Source: Octopus sinensis (lineage: Eukaryota). From it: a DNA stretch of 25,021 nt. The position numbers and the translations under genes were made by a program. The stretch spans positions 1-25,021 of the forward strand of contig NW_021835595.1 in NCBI RefSeq assembly GCF_006345805.1. The letters run 5' to 3'. Shown in pieces: positions 10,463 through 21,949 of this stretch; position 1 is the stretch's first letter, and every line of letters starts with the position of its first letter. The notes below the pieces were generated by a model. The model had not been told where the DNA came from. It worked only from the letters and a program-made list of their open reading frames with translations, and did not search any database.

Positions 10463-11352
10463 GTGTTTTGTTTTCGGTGTGCTTTGATAGTTTTATTTTA
10501 TTGGTTTATTTTGATACATGCTTTTTTTCTAAATAGTTGTTAATTTTGTTTCATTTTATTCAAATTTCTTTCTTTTGTCTTTTTTTTTATAAATATTTCT
10601 TCATTTCCTCCTAATGTATTTATATTTTTAATAAATTTCTGATATGTCCATAACAATCACATCTTAACATTTTTAAAACAGCTTTTCAATATATTTTGTT
10701 TTTGAATATGACAGTCATTCTCCCCCCCTCTCTCTCTTCTCTCTCTCTCTCTCTCTCTCCTCCACCTCTTCCTTCTCTGTGTTGAAATTTTGATTTCATA
10801 CTTTATATTACCGCTGTTGTCAGGAAGTCTCTATGTTAGTGGTGACATGAGATTTTATTCGGTGAATCATTTTTACGAACAAAGTCTCTGCTCCGCTTTT
10901 CACACGGACATACGCAGACATTCAGACACACCCACAAAGACACATATACGCAGTTTTTCTATCCTCCTCTCTCTGTGCTTTTGTATTCATATTCCTTTTG
11001 GTCGATACGGTTTCTTACTACTCTGAGTTTCGCTTGTAGTTGCACAAGTTCTTCAGGCAACTTATGGCTTATAACCTACCAGTGAAACTCAGAGTAGTAA
11101 GGAGCTGACTTGACTAAAATGAAGATATTATTAATCTCTACAATGATATCGAGAACTCTTTTCTCCATAGTCAACTCTAAATGGAAATGTGTGTGCGTGT
11201 GTGTGTGTGTGTGCACGATTGAGTGAACAAACAAAAGAACGTAGCACTCGATATATATGGTTGTAGTTACAAGTATTCAATAAGTTTCATCAGTTCTGTA
11301 TTACTTGAAGTTTCACGGGTCCACGAAACTTATAGTAATTTGGGACTGAATC

Positions 11353-11358
<6 letters not shown>

Positions 11359-11401
<43 letters not shown>

Positions 11402-11411
11402 GTGTGTGTGT

Positions 11412-11443
<32 letters not shown>

Positions 11444-11455
11444 AATATATATATA
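11359..11455. repeat. (TA)n/(TG)n microsatellite
   Basis: Directly visible. Confidence 0.95.
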
Positions 11456-11589
11456 ACAAGTGAATTGAAGAGAATAAATTCTCTTTCACCTATAAGCGCA
11501 GCCTACCCACGAACAAGTAAAACACTTATCTTGTATATATGTGTTCGATATTATTCATATCCCTCGAGCAGACTCTAACTCATATATAT

Positions 11590-11772
11590 AAATGGCTGCT
11601 ATTTAAGCGATGTCATTTTCATATGTGATATAGTGATGTTGCAAAATTTAACCTGTGCATATTAATTTCCATTATGTCCTTTATAGACTGTCAATATTCC
11701 ATGCATTTATTTGTAAAGTTAAGGACGTTTTTAAAAGTTGAAATCTATCGGGGAATTTTGAGACTCCTTCTA
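11590..11772 (+). mobile_element. Tc1/mariner transposon 3'-end remnant (second copy)
   Basis: Homologous to 17208-17362 (GCTGC.ATTTAAGCGATGTCATTTT...TAAAAGTTGAAA...TTTTG). It encodes NGCYLSDVIF, carries a ~27-nt segment absent from the other copy, and has a degenerate TIR. Confidence 0.75.
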
Positions 11773-11934
11773 GTCACAAATTTATGCACAAAATGCTTAG
11801 CAGTATTTCTTCTGGCTTTTTAGATTCTGAATCTAAATTATGCCAAAATCATTGTTACCGTTCATCCTTTCGGAATCGATAAAAAAAGATAACGGTCAAG
11901 TACTTAAAGTTAAAAGTTATCTTTTGGGCTCACT

Positions 11935-12161
11935 TCGACTCATAAGGGCCAGTTTCCAGGTTTCCATGGCGTATATATTCCTACCTGAACGGGACACCAT
12001 CCGTCGCAGGATTACTTATTTTTGCCGCCTGAGTGAACTGGAGCAATAGGAAATGAAATGATTTTGCTCAAGGACACAATGCGTCGCCCGGTCCAGGAAT
12101 CGAAACCACAATCTTACGATCACGAGTCCGTCGCTCTAACCACTAAGCCAGGCGCCTCCAC
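11935..12161 (-). mobile_element. tRNA-derived SINE (family C)
   Basis: The minus strand reads GTGGAGGCGCCTGGCTTAGTGGTTAGAGCG...GGTTTCGATTCCTGGACCGGG...CCTTGAGCAAA...CTGCGACGGATGGTGTCCCGTTCAGG...GGAAACCTGGAAACTGGCCC, with box A and box B. It shares head and tail with 24130-24434. Confidence 0.85.
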
Positions 12162-12234
12162 AGAAAAGTACTGGCAACAATTCAATCGACTAATTTTCTG
12201 TTGCCTTAATTAAAAACATTTACTTATCTTAGGG

Positions 12235-12410
12235 TGCTTGGTTAGCAGAACCATTACATCATTGGTTTTGTGGTATTTATCTCTGTCAGTCTACGTACCG
12301 AGTTCAAATCCAGCCGAGGTCCGCTAAGTCATACAGAATTTGGTTAAGTAGTAGGGTGCAAAATACCAGTCAAGTTCTGGAATCGATGGTAACCCCTCCC
12401 TTCAAATTAT
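12235..12410 (+). mobile_element. Degenerate SINE family A copy
   Basis: CGAGTTCAAATCCAGCCGAGGTC...AAATACCAGTCAAGTTCTGGAATCGATG...CCCCTCCCTTCAAATT resembles the family A body and tail. Another degenerate copy lies at ~11790-11905. Confidence 0.6.
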
Positions 12411-12949
12411 TAATCTACTTTGATAAAAATGACCACATCCTTACTTTAATTAGATCCGTGCATGTTATTCGTTAATTCCAGAATATAATTCTGCTCAAAC
12501 TGTAGTCATTGAATGCACTAAAACGGAATTAAATCCAATGGTTTATACCACCTACTATGAAGAAAAACGTTTCAAAGTTCTTGATATTTTTTATATTCTG
12601 AAACAAAAAAGATAAATATTCTTTAAAGGAACATATCCCTCGAAGATGATTTAACAATAGTCGAAAACGGTAGGGTGAAAATTAGAAGCAACCTCTTGCA
12701 AAGAGTTTATCTGACATGACCTTACAGCGCTTGCACATGACACAGTGACCGGATTCTGCTTAGTTCAGTGGGACTAATATTGTACATACATTTTTATTAT
12801 AAGAGCTACATGTCTTGGTTCAAATTTCACTGCGATCATCTCCCTTTTGCTTTCTTATGCTGTTGCCGAATGACATGCTAGCCGTTGTTACGCAGCTCCA
12901 AACTCATCCCTAACCCAGGAGTTCTATGATATGTAGGTAGTTGGCAAAA

Positions 12950-14100
12950 CAATGAGCCACAACTCAAAGATTCATACTCCCAGGCATCGCATACACCGAT
13001 ACTTAGCTGAGAATAATAAAGAATCCTCAAGCATTTAGTGGTGGCCTCGTGAGGGATTCAGCGTGGTAGCCTGAATATATTCTACTCTCTCTTCTCTCCA
13101 ATTTATATTTGTGTGTTGGTAAATTCTGATGATGTTGACAGTAAAGATGGACAAGGAAGACTTGATCAAAGTGTGACTGCGGTTGTTCTCTACACTTATT
13201 GCTGGTGATATGAATTCCTGTATAGTATTTGACGCTTTTGAAGTTCCAGTTATTAGGTGTACATGTGTTCCTTATAGAAGAGTTGGGAGGAATAGTGTTT
13301 TAAGACGATGTTATAGTAGTTTTCTAAGATATTGTATAAATGCTTGTATATCCAGGAGGGTATCTATTTGTAGTAACTTGCTTCATTATGTAGTTGGTCT
13401 ATGGGTGTTTGTGTTTGTATTCTGACAACAATCTGTTATGCTACGTAGGAAGCTATTTCATATTTATTATATTTTGATAAGGAGAGATTGTGAACCCAGT
13501 AAAAGCTAGACAAGTCAACGAGAGATCTAATGTAACGTGTATTGTTGTTCATTCTGTTGTTTAAATGTGGTACCTCAGATCGCTCTAAGTGTGATTATAT
13601 ACTTTCTTATTATTTCTGTTGGTTAAGCGTAGTACCTGTGAGCGTTCCGTTGTTGTTTGTAATTAGTCAAATACAACATGTGGTTGCTCAAATTATATTA
13701 GTGAAGCATTTTTCTTGTCTAACCATGTCTTCTTTTTTAACCACATGGATGTTACAGGAGTTGTATACAATTTCTAGTATGTTTTTCTTCCATTTGTGAG
13801 TTATGGTCAAGTAGAATATGAAGGCTGGTTGAATTTGTTGTTGGAGAAAAGCAGTGACTTTTTAGGTGCTACTTTAAATTTGTTGTTGCAGAAACAAGTT
13901 TCTATGCGACCTAAATAGATCTGAAGTAGTTATGCGGCAGTCTCTTGAGAATGGTGGATGGTCGATTTTGAGTGTCATGTCATTAGCACAAATGGTTGGT
14001 CAGCATGTTTTGTGGAGGTTTGGGAAGGTCATATAGATATAGGTCTAAAAGAGTGGGTGCGGGGACAGATCGCCGTAGTAATCCCTGTGGGAAAACGTAT
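12950..14100 (-). mobile_element. Degraded LINE reverse-transcriptase and C-terminal remnant (clade uncertain, I/Jockey-like)
   Basis: Minus-strand translation across frameshifts gives VFPQG (14082-14090)...PTLLDLYLYDLPKPP...CANDMTL (decayed YADD)...LQIYLGRIETCFCNNKFKVAPKKS...KWKKNI...TNYKQQRNAHRYYA...PIDQLHNEA. These motifs appear in the canonical order for non-LTR RT. The left boundary is approximate. Confidence 0.75.
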
Positions 14101-14406
14101 GTTCTGTACTATATTTCTTGTATACCACATAAAATTTAACATTTATTGTGCACATGAATTCAACACCTGGCTTCGATGTAAGCAGTAGTAACATTATAAA
14201 ACTGACGAGTGTTCTGTGCTGAGTTCAACAACTGTCAGTATAGCTTGGAAATGAATAGCTTTCGATCCAGTGAGTTACGGTGACCAACCACATTTATATA
14301 GTAGCTCTTTATTACTGGAACCAATGGGGGAATCTTCTACGTGGTCTTTTGATCAGCAAGAAATGGCAGTCGAATATCTATCAGATTACATTCGGTAGTA
14401 ACAACA

Positions 14407-14601
14407 GTGGAGGCGAAACGACCCAGTGGTTAGGACATCAGACTCGCGGTCGTAAGAACGCGGTTTCGATTCCCAGACCGAGTATTGTGAGTGTTTATTG
14501 AGCAAAAACACCTAAGCTCCACGAGGCTCCGGCGGAGGGTGGTGGTGAACTCCGTTGTACTCTTTCACCGCAACTTTCTCTCACTCTTTCTTCCTACTTC
14601 T
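14407..14601 (+). mobile_element. tRNA-derived SINE (family C) 5' part
   Basis: GTGGAGGCG...CAGTGGTTAGG...GGTTTCGATTCCCAGACC...AAAACACCTAAGCTCCACGAGGCTCCGGC is collinear with 24130-24310 and diverges after ~14601. Confidence 0.85.
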
Positions 14602-15750
14602 GCCACAAAGCAGAGGAACCATGGTGTTAACCCAATATGGTGTGGTAAACTTTCAGACCCTAGTATAGATTGCGAATCCTCTGTACCTCAGGATGGTTCA
14701 TCTCTCCACCCGTTAAAAGCCACCGTTTACGGAATGAGGATAACAACGTAGCTTTCGTGCCCGTGCAACCGTCGGTCTATCGCGTGTGGTGGGTGGATCT
14801 TCAAGTTGCCACACGTATTCTTAGTAGCTGAGAGTAGGCTCGAATTAGAGATTATTCTTCGTGGCTAATGGCGTGAGTCCTGATTGGAAGAAGAAGAAGA
14901 CGAAGCAACAACCGCAGCTGTAACAACGATAACAACAATAACAGCAACAGTATTCACAATAACAATAACAACAATAAGAATTAACAGCATCAATAGCTTT
15001 ATAACCCTTCTTCACATCAATTACACCCGGTGATCTTCCTTGAATGAAATTTAGTGAGAATAAATAAATAGATAAATAAATCAAGAAATAAATTATATTA
15101 AAAAAAGTAAAAATAAAGTGTTCCAAACTAACGATGTTTCGTTATAAATTTATTACTTTTTTGTTTTTTTAATTTTTATTTTTATCAAGAATAAGATTAA
15201 AAAAAGAAAATAATAAAATGAATTATTTTCGATGATTTGAGATAGTGACAGATTAGTCGCTTGTTAGAAAGGACAAATAAATATTTCTTGCTTTTATCGC
15301 GTTTCGGTCAATTTGCTGCAATTACCGTGATTCTTGTCAATGCCTCCAGTTGTTTTCCACAAGGAAAATGTTTACAGAATTGAAAATAAATTAGGTCTCT
15401 TTAAGTAATTAATCTTTCAGTTTGTATTGCAACAACATAACCAACAGTTATGCTCCGTTTTTGCTTTTTGTTTTCTTCGCATGACTTAATCAAAGAAGTG
15501 AGTGAACAGAAACTGCAACCTTTATTGCCCTTAGTATCAACTTTTTCGAGTTTCACTCGAAGAGTTAAGTGTGAGTGAAGATGGAAGTTGTTGTCTTCCG
15601 GCAGCTTTATTCAAAGGTTCGTGAGTATGGCAAGGTGGTCCGAGCAAACGGGACCTACTCTAAGCATGCATCTGTAGATTGAAGAAAGAGGATGAGGTGA
15701 AGGCATTAACATTGTGGTCAGGCTGACCGTGGCTTTGTGGTGTTTTTACG

Positions 15751-16270
15751 AGCGGCATTTCGCTCGCTTTTACGTGTTGAGTTCAAATGGCACCGAGATC
15801 GACTTTACCTCTTATCCTTTCGGATAAGAGTACTTGAGTATTAGGGTTGATGTAATCGGCTATTCCCGTTCCCTAAAATTTCAGACCTTGTGCCTATAGT
15901 TGAAAGGATTATCACTATTGTTGTTGTTGTTGTTGTCATTATTATTAAGGCGAATGCGGCGAGCTGACAGAATCGTTTGTACACCGGGCGAAATGCTTAG
16001 CAGTATTTCGCCCGTCGCTACGTTCTGAGTTCAAATTCCGCTGAGGTCAACTTTGACTTCCATCTTTTCGAAGTAGACAAATTAAGAACCAGTTGAGTAC
16101 TGGGGTCGATGTGATCGACTGTCTCCCTCCCCACAAAATATAGGCCGTGTGCCTCCAATAGATAAGATTATTATCATTAAGGCGCGACTTAGCAGAATCA
16201 TGAAATTTCAGGCCTCATGCCAGCAAGTAGCAGAATCGTTAGGGTGTTGGAAAATGCTTAGCGGCACTTT
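15751..16270 (+). mobile_element. Head-to-tail cluster of family A SINEs (15751-15912, 15947-16173, plus partial heads)
   Basis: Repeated GAGCTGACAGAATCGTT...AAATGCTTAGC...GAGTTCAAATTCCGC...GTCGATGT.ATCGAC...CCCC..AAAAT..AGGCC.TGTGCC motifs. Confidence 0.85.
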
Positions 16271-17042
16271 TATATTTTGATCAAGGACACGACGTGCAGC
16301 CGGTAATCGAATTCACGCTTTCACTCGTACGTCAAAGTCTTATATAATATATACCCGCAGTAGGTTTTTACGGCACAGAGGAGTTCTTTGGATGTGTTTT
16401 TCCCTTTAATAAACATACTAGCTAATACATTAATTTATTTCGTCCGTTTTATATCTCCATCAGTTCAAAAGCAATGGCTAACCGAAAACCACGTAAGAAC
16501 TGCGAGAAGGTATATAGTAATTACGACTAGTTCGTTTCTGGCACTGACTGACTAAGCAAATCCAGAGTTTGGTTGGGATAAACAGCAACTGTCCCAGCAT
16601 TTAATAATTATTTTCACATAGTTTTGATTGATATTATTCACTGCATCTCAAAATATTCTTGAACATTCAGTGACATTATGCATCAGATTCGGAATGCGTT
16701 GCGCTGTCAATTTTACTAACCGGCCACTACTAAAGTCAACTACTAACCAGCAACAATAAAAAAACGAAATACAACACCGTGTGGTCTGTATAAGATAAGG
16801 ATGTGAACTTCTAGAGCTAATAGCATGAAACATTAATTTAAGTTCATTCTTTTCAATTATTTTTTCCTTTTATTTCAGCATGATTAGATGACCATCTTAA
16901 AGCGAGCGGAACCGGTACCTACGAAGTTAGAAATATACTTATTGTCTTTATTTTTCCCACAAAAATTCTCTAAGTACCCAAGGCATTTCTTCTTGTTATC
17001 TTTTCAATACACACACACACACACACACGCACACACATTTTT

Positions 17043-17362
17043 TTTTTCTTTTGGGGATACCTTACAGAGAGGGTTTACGTCGACAAACCGGAGACCCTAG
17101 TGCAAATGAAGGAGAACATCAATAGAGAAATCACAGAAGTGGGTCTGAAACTCTTGAGGGTGTTATGGTGCAAGTTTTGGAAAGAGCACAGGCGTGCGAA
17201 ACCGAAAATTGCTGCCATTTAAGCGATGTCATTTTTCATATGTGATGTAGTGGTGTTGCAAAATTTGACTTGCGCAAATTAATTTCCATTATGTATTTAT
17301 TTGTAAAGTTAAAGAAGTTATTAAAAGTTGAAACCCATCAGTGACTTTTGGGGAACCCTGTA
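17043..17362 (+). mobile_element. Tc1/mariner-superfamily transposase C-terminal remnant with right TIR and TA
   Basis: FFFWGYLTERVYVDKPETLVQMKENINREITEVG(fs)ETLEGVMVQVLERAQACETENCCHLSDVIFHM* matches the F.LWG.LK..VY...P..L..LK..I...C....G.H C-terminus of DDD/E Tc1/mariner transposases. It ends ...TTTTGGGGAACCCTG (17360) + TA, i.e. a TIR reading CAGGGTTCCCC inward. Confidence 0.85.
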
Positions 17363-17416
17363 GTCCCTACTTTATGTACAAGACCAAAACCTTCGAGTGT
17401 GTGTGTGTGTGTGCCT

Positions 17417-17737
17417 GTGTGGAGGGGGTGTTAGTCGATACCATCGATCGCAGAACTTGGCTGGTACTTTATTTTATCGACCCCAGATGGATGAAATGCA
17501 AAGTCGATATCGGTGGAAATTGTACTCAAAAACTAATGAAACAGAGCAAATACAACAAAGTATTTTTTCAGACATTCCAAAGATTCTGCCAGTTTTTGCA
17601 CCAAATGAAGCACAAGGCTAACGATTTTGAAGAAATTCATTAGTCTGTATCATTAATCTCCGTACAAGACTGGTACTTTATTCTATCGACCCGGAAAAAA
17701 TGAAAGGCAAAGTTGACCCCAGCGGGATTTGAAGTAA
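17417..17737 (-). mobile_element. Two SINE family A fragments (17417-17535, 17668-17737)
   Basis: CTGGTACTTTATTTTATCGACCCC...ATGAAA.GCAAAGT.GAC is the reverse complement of the family A body. Confidence 0.75.
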
Positions 17738-18324
17738 AATTAGTAAATCAAATCTAAACACTTTCAATGAATTTAAAGAATTAATAACTACCAGGTCGTG
17801 GATTATTCCCGATTTAGTAACGTTAAATGGATAGATAATAAATACCTCATCGTCATTAAGGCATAACGTTAGATCATCAGAGGTATTAACAGTACTATCT
17901 TTCTCTTAGTTATTCCTCATAGTTGTGCACGGGTATGAAAACCTGTAGAATTCCGTATAGCGTATATTTTCCTAAATAGGTCAACAGGTCAGCCGCAATA
18001 GATCTGAACTTTAGACCTATGAGCCGATTGCCGAACACAGTATCCGCTTAGTTTATTACGTGTGCGCTAGGTTAATGGTGGGTTCCTTTAGACTAACGCA
18101 ATAAGATTTCGGTATTATTTTTTTTTCTTCACTGGTGACCACATTTATAAAATGTCCATAGAGGTTGTTAGCACAACCGTTTCTAAGTAGGTGCTCCCAT
18201 AAAATATTTCAGACTCTTCATACATGCCTTCAGATAACAAAATGATAAAAAGATTAAAAAAAACACAAACTCATATTCCATACATATTTTATTTTGTCTT
18301 GCCTCCTTTTTTAAAGTCTTCACT

Positions 18325-18325
18325 A

Positions 18326-18403
<78 letters not shown>

Positions 18404-18426
18404 ATATATATATCATATCTATAAAA

Positions 18427-18487
<61 letters not shown>

Positions 18488-18502
18488 CATACATATATAC
18501 AT

Positions 18503-18572
<70 letters not shown>

Positions 18573-18620
18573 TATACACATATACATATACATGCATATT
18601 ACATATATACATATATAGAG
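18325..18620. repeat. (TA)n/(TACA)n/(CA)n microsatellite
   Basis: Directly visible. Confidence 0.95.
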
Positions 18621-19043
18621 AGAGACATACATGTCCATGCAAACAGGTAGACGGGCAGACGAACAAAGAAAGGGGGAAGGAGAGGGAGAGTAGAATATGA
18701 GATATTCGGGTGGGAATTGAACCGTATTAACGATTGCTACAAACATTTACACGTATTCATACAAGTTGAACAAATATGTTACCTTTTTCTTTTTCTTGAA
18801 TTATCATGGAGATTAAGTCATCTGGAATGTTTATGGACATTCCTCATCTTTATGAACATGGAAACTTGACGAAAGATAATGAAATAAAACTGAAGCTAAA
18901 AATTAAAAAAAAAATACAATAATATACATCGACAAAACAACAACAAAAAGCTAACAAACAAATAAACAAACGATATGGCTACAACTCTAGTGAAGACGGT
19001 TCCAGTTCTGCAAATTCTCTTAATTCTTTTGGTACGAATTAAG

Positions 19044-19047
<4 letters not shown>

Positions 19048-19111
<64 letters not shown>

Positions 19112-19126
19112 GTAATAATAATAATA
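19048..19126. repeat. (AAT)n microsatellite
   Basis: Directly visible. Confidence 0.95.
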
Positions 19127-19491
19127 AGGAAAAGAAGCGCCTAACTATAAGTTGTTCACTAAACAACTAACTAGTCACCGCTGGTCTTCCATCGAAGCAT
19201 ACTACTAAAACGAAGGTCATTTGGAACATTAAGGAAATATAGTTTATATATGTTTGTTGGTCAGTTAGTTTAACAGTTTTTTTTTGTTTTTGTTTTGTGA
19301 TTTTTTTACATATGTATATTCTTATAGGCATAATAAGAAAAAAACAGCCATAGCTGTGAGTTTTTTTTTCTTTGGCGTTCAGGCCATCCATATAAAGGTT
19401 GAGATAGCATTTGATTTCATGTTACACTGCATTAACTGCAGTTGATGATGCGATGATGAGGAGGAGCAATGCACACTTGAAGAAAGAGTTG

Positions 19492-19591
19492 CCTTCTTCT
19501 TCTTCCTCTTCTCTTCTTCTTCTTCTTCTTCTTCTTCTTCTTCTTCTTCTTCTTCTTCTTCTTCTCTCCTCCTCCTCCTCCTCCTCCTCCT

Positions 19592-19623
<32 letters not shown>

Positions 19624-19722
19624 TTCTTCTCCTCCTCCTCCTCCTTCTTCTTCTTCTTCTTCTTCCCCTTTTTTTCTTCTTGCTTCTTAATTTTCCTCTT
19701 TTGCATTTCTTTCCTTATCGTT

Positions 19723-19780
<58 letters not shown>

Positions 19781-19975
19781 CATCATCATCAACATTATCG
19801 ACATCATCATCATCATCATAATCATCATCATCAACGTAATCGTCATCGTCGTCATCATCAATATCCTCCTCATCATCATCATCCATATGATCATCATCAT
19901 CATCACCATAACCACCACCACCACCATAACCACCACCACCACCACCACCATCACCGCCACCACCACTACCACCAT
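19492..19975. repeat. Compound trinucleotide tract (TTC/TCC)n ... (CAT)n ... (CAC)n
   Basis: Directly visible; it explains the overlapping low-complexity ORFs at 19411-20120. Confidence 0.95.
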
Positions 19976-20302
19976 TAATGGTAACAACCTCTCTTCATCA
20001 GTCTACCCCATTTCCTCTAGCAGACCAGCAAGTGAGGTTGGTTTCTTTAATATTTTTTATTTTTCCATGTTTCTTCAATATCTTTTATTTACCCCCACCC
20101 GCCCCGCCACCCTAAGTTAGAATATGTCATTAAACAGTGATAAACGACCACAAAAGCTCTATCTCCTTTTCTTTTATCAAGCCATACCTTCTCCAGTTAT
20201 AATGTGTAAGCATTGACTGACATATCTTTAAACTATTTGCAATGGAATTATACTTCTAAAACGCCTCTCTCTCTCTTTCTCCTTTTCTTTCTCTCTCTCT
20301 TC

Positions 20303-20333
<31 letters not shown>

Positions 20334-20798
20334 TACATATATAAATCAAGTAATCTAACTGATTTCATAACAAACAACTTAAAATTATATCGTGATTAAA
20401 GCAAGTATATATTTTAGAGTCTATTATATGTCTGTCTGTTTCTCTCTCTTTCTCTCTGTCCCTCTGTCTCTCTGTCTGTCTGTCTCTCTCTGTCTGCCTC
20501 TTTCTCATGTATTTCTGCAACATCGAAAACTGTAACACATCTACATGTCTTAAAATAAAAGCCTGGAGATAATTCAATGAAGTAAGAAATATAAGTGCAG
20601 TTAATGTCCAATTAGAATTATTAGAAGTCATTTTAGCTGGAGTGAAAAAACGTGAGTCAATATCAAAGAGTCTATGGCGTGGAATATTGCACAGAATGTT
20701 TGCTAAAATGTCTAACAGAGGAAATGAGTTTAAGATAACCGCGATAGTAACAGAAGCTGCATAAAAAATTATGTAGGTGGGAGTAATATAGTCATGAA

Positions 20799-21014
20799 AG
20801 GAAGGCGGCGAACTGACAGAATCGTTACCGCGCCAGGAAAAATGTTTGGGGGCATTTCTTCCCACCTCAAATTCTGAGCTCAAACTCTCCCGAGGCCACC
20901 TTTGTGTTTCATCCGCTCGGGGTCGAGAACAGAATTACCAGTGGAGCACTGCGGTCAATGTAATAGGCTTACGCTTTCCCCCAAAATTGCTGGCCTTGTG
21001 CCAGAATGTGAAAC
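20799..21014 (+). mobile_element. Full-length family A SINE with 15-bp target-site duplication
   Basis: TAATATAGTCATGAA at 20784-20798 and 21015-21029 flanks head AGGAAGGCGGCGAACTGACAGAATCG...tail CCCCCAAAATTGCTGGCCTTGTGCCAGAATGTGAAAC. Confidence 0.9.
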
Positions 21015-21296
21015 TAATATAGTCATGAAGGTACTTGGCCTAGTGGTTACAGTGTTGTACTTGCAATTTTCCGATCGCGGTTTCGATTCCAGAACTGAGC
21101 AAAATGGTAAAAATATCTAACAGTAAGATGAATAAAGATGATATAAGTGGGAGAATATACTGCCTCAAATTTTGGGGTATGGCTGGAGTGTAGTAGACTC
21201 ACCACCCTAAGCAGGGAGTTTAGAATTTATTGCATTGCACTGCTATAGAATGTTACTTATAAGACATGTATTGTCGTATGTTAAAAAGTTGCATGA

Positions 21297-21530
21297 ATGC
21301 ACGTAGCCTAGTGGTTAGGATTATTACGCTCAGGTCTGAGAGGTCGTAGTTTCGACTTTTGGCCTGGCGGTGCGTTGCATTCTTGAGCAAAACACTTTAT
21401 CTCATGTTATTCCATTCCATTCTGCTGTGTAATGAGTAAACCTGCGACAGACTGGTGGCCGTTCAAGGGGAATGTAGTGATCTCGGTCACTTATACAGAA
21501 TGGAAATCGTGTGCAGCCCCGGTTTTATGA
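21297..21530 (+). mobile_element. Degenerate tRNA-derived SINE (family C-like)
   Basis: GCCTAGTGGTTAGG...GTTTCGAC...CTTGAGCAAAACACTTT...CTGCGACAGACTGG..CCGTTCAAGGGG. Confidence 0.7.
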
Positions 21531-21630
21531 GTTTTAGGACTCTAGACAGTAATGTCCAAATGCTGCCGCTGCTAATAGTGATTACAGTCGAATTTTTGAG
21601 GAATCAGAAGACTACTGTAATCGCAGTACA

Positions 21631-21664
<34 letters not shown>

Positions 21665-21949
21665 TCAAAGAGACGGAAACAAAGTGGAGTAGAAAGAGAG
21701 CAAGAAAAAGGAACGTGGACCAACTTGAATATTGTCCTATGGTTATAGAACATACGCTAACAAAATAACAGTCATGAATACGAACTAAAATGTCGCCTCG
21801 ACTTTTTAAAAACGAAATCTCCCGCCCATCAACATCCAACAATTTTAAGAAAAAGCAAATGTTTTCAAGTATAAAATATTTCAAAACAAACAAAACTATG
21901 ATTGGTAAGAAATAAATGGAACTTATATTTAAATGTTGTATTCCGCCAT

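Noticed and set aside
16880-16930. Strong plus-strand acceptor TTTTTCCTTTTATTTCAG
   Set aside because: All three frames hit stops within five codons and there is no good donor, so it cannot be supported without RNA data.
17740-17930. ~60-codon open minus-strand frame (EKDSTVNTSDDLTLCLNDDEVFIIYPF...)
   Set aside because: No start codon or credible acceptor, and no recognised motif.
19422-19886. Acidic/basic low-complexity 154-aa protein
   Set aside because: Built entirely of trinucleotide repeats that are open in several frames on both strands.
20365-20883. 172-aa hydrophobic ORF, possibly a membrane protein
   Set aside because: Its ends lie in a SINE and a GA/GACA repeat. The ~90-codon unique core has no recognisable motif, and a few such ORFs are expected by chance in 25 kb.
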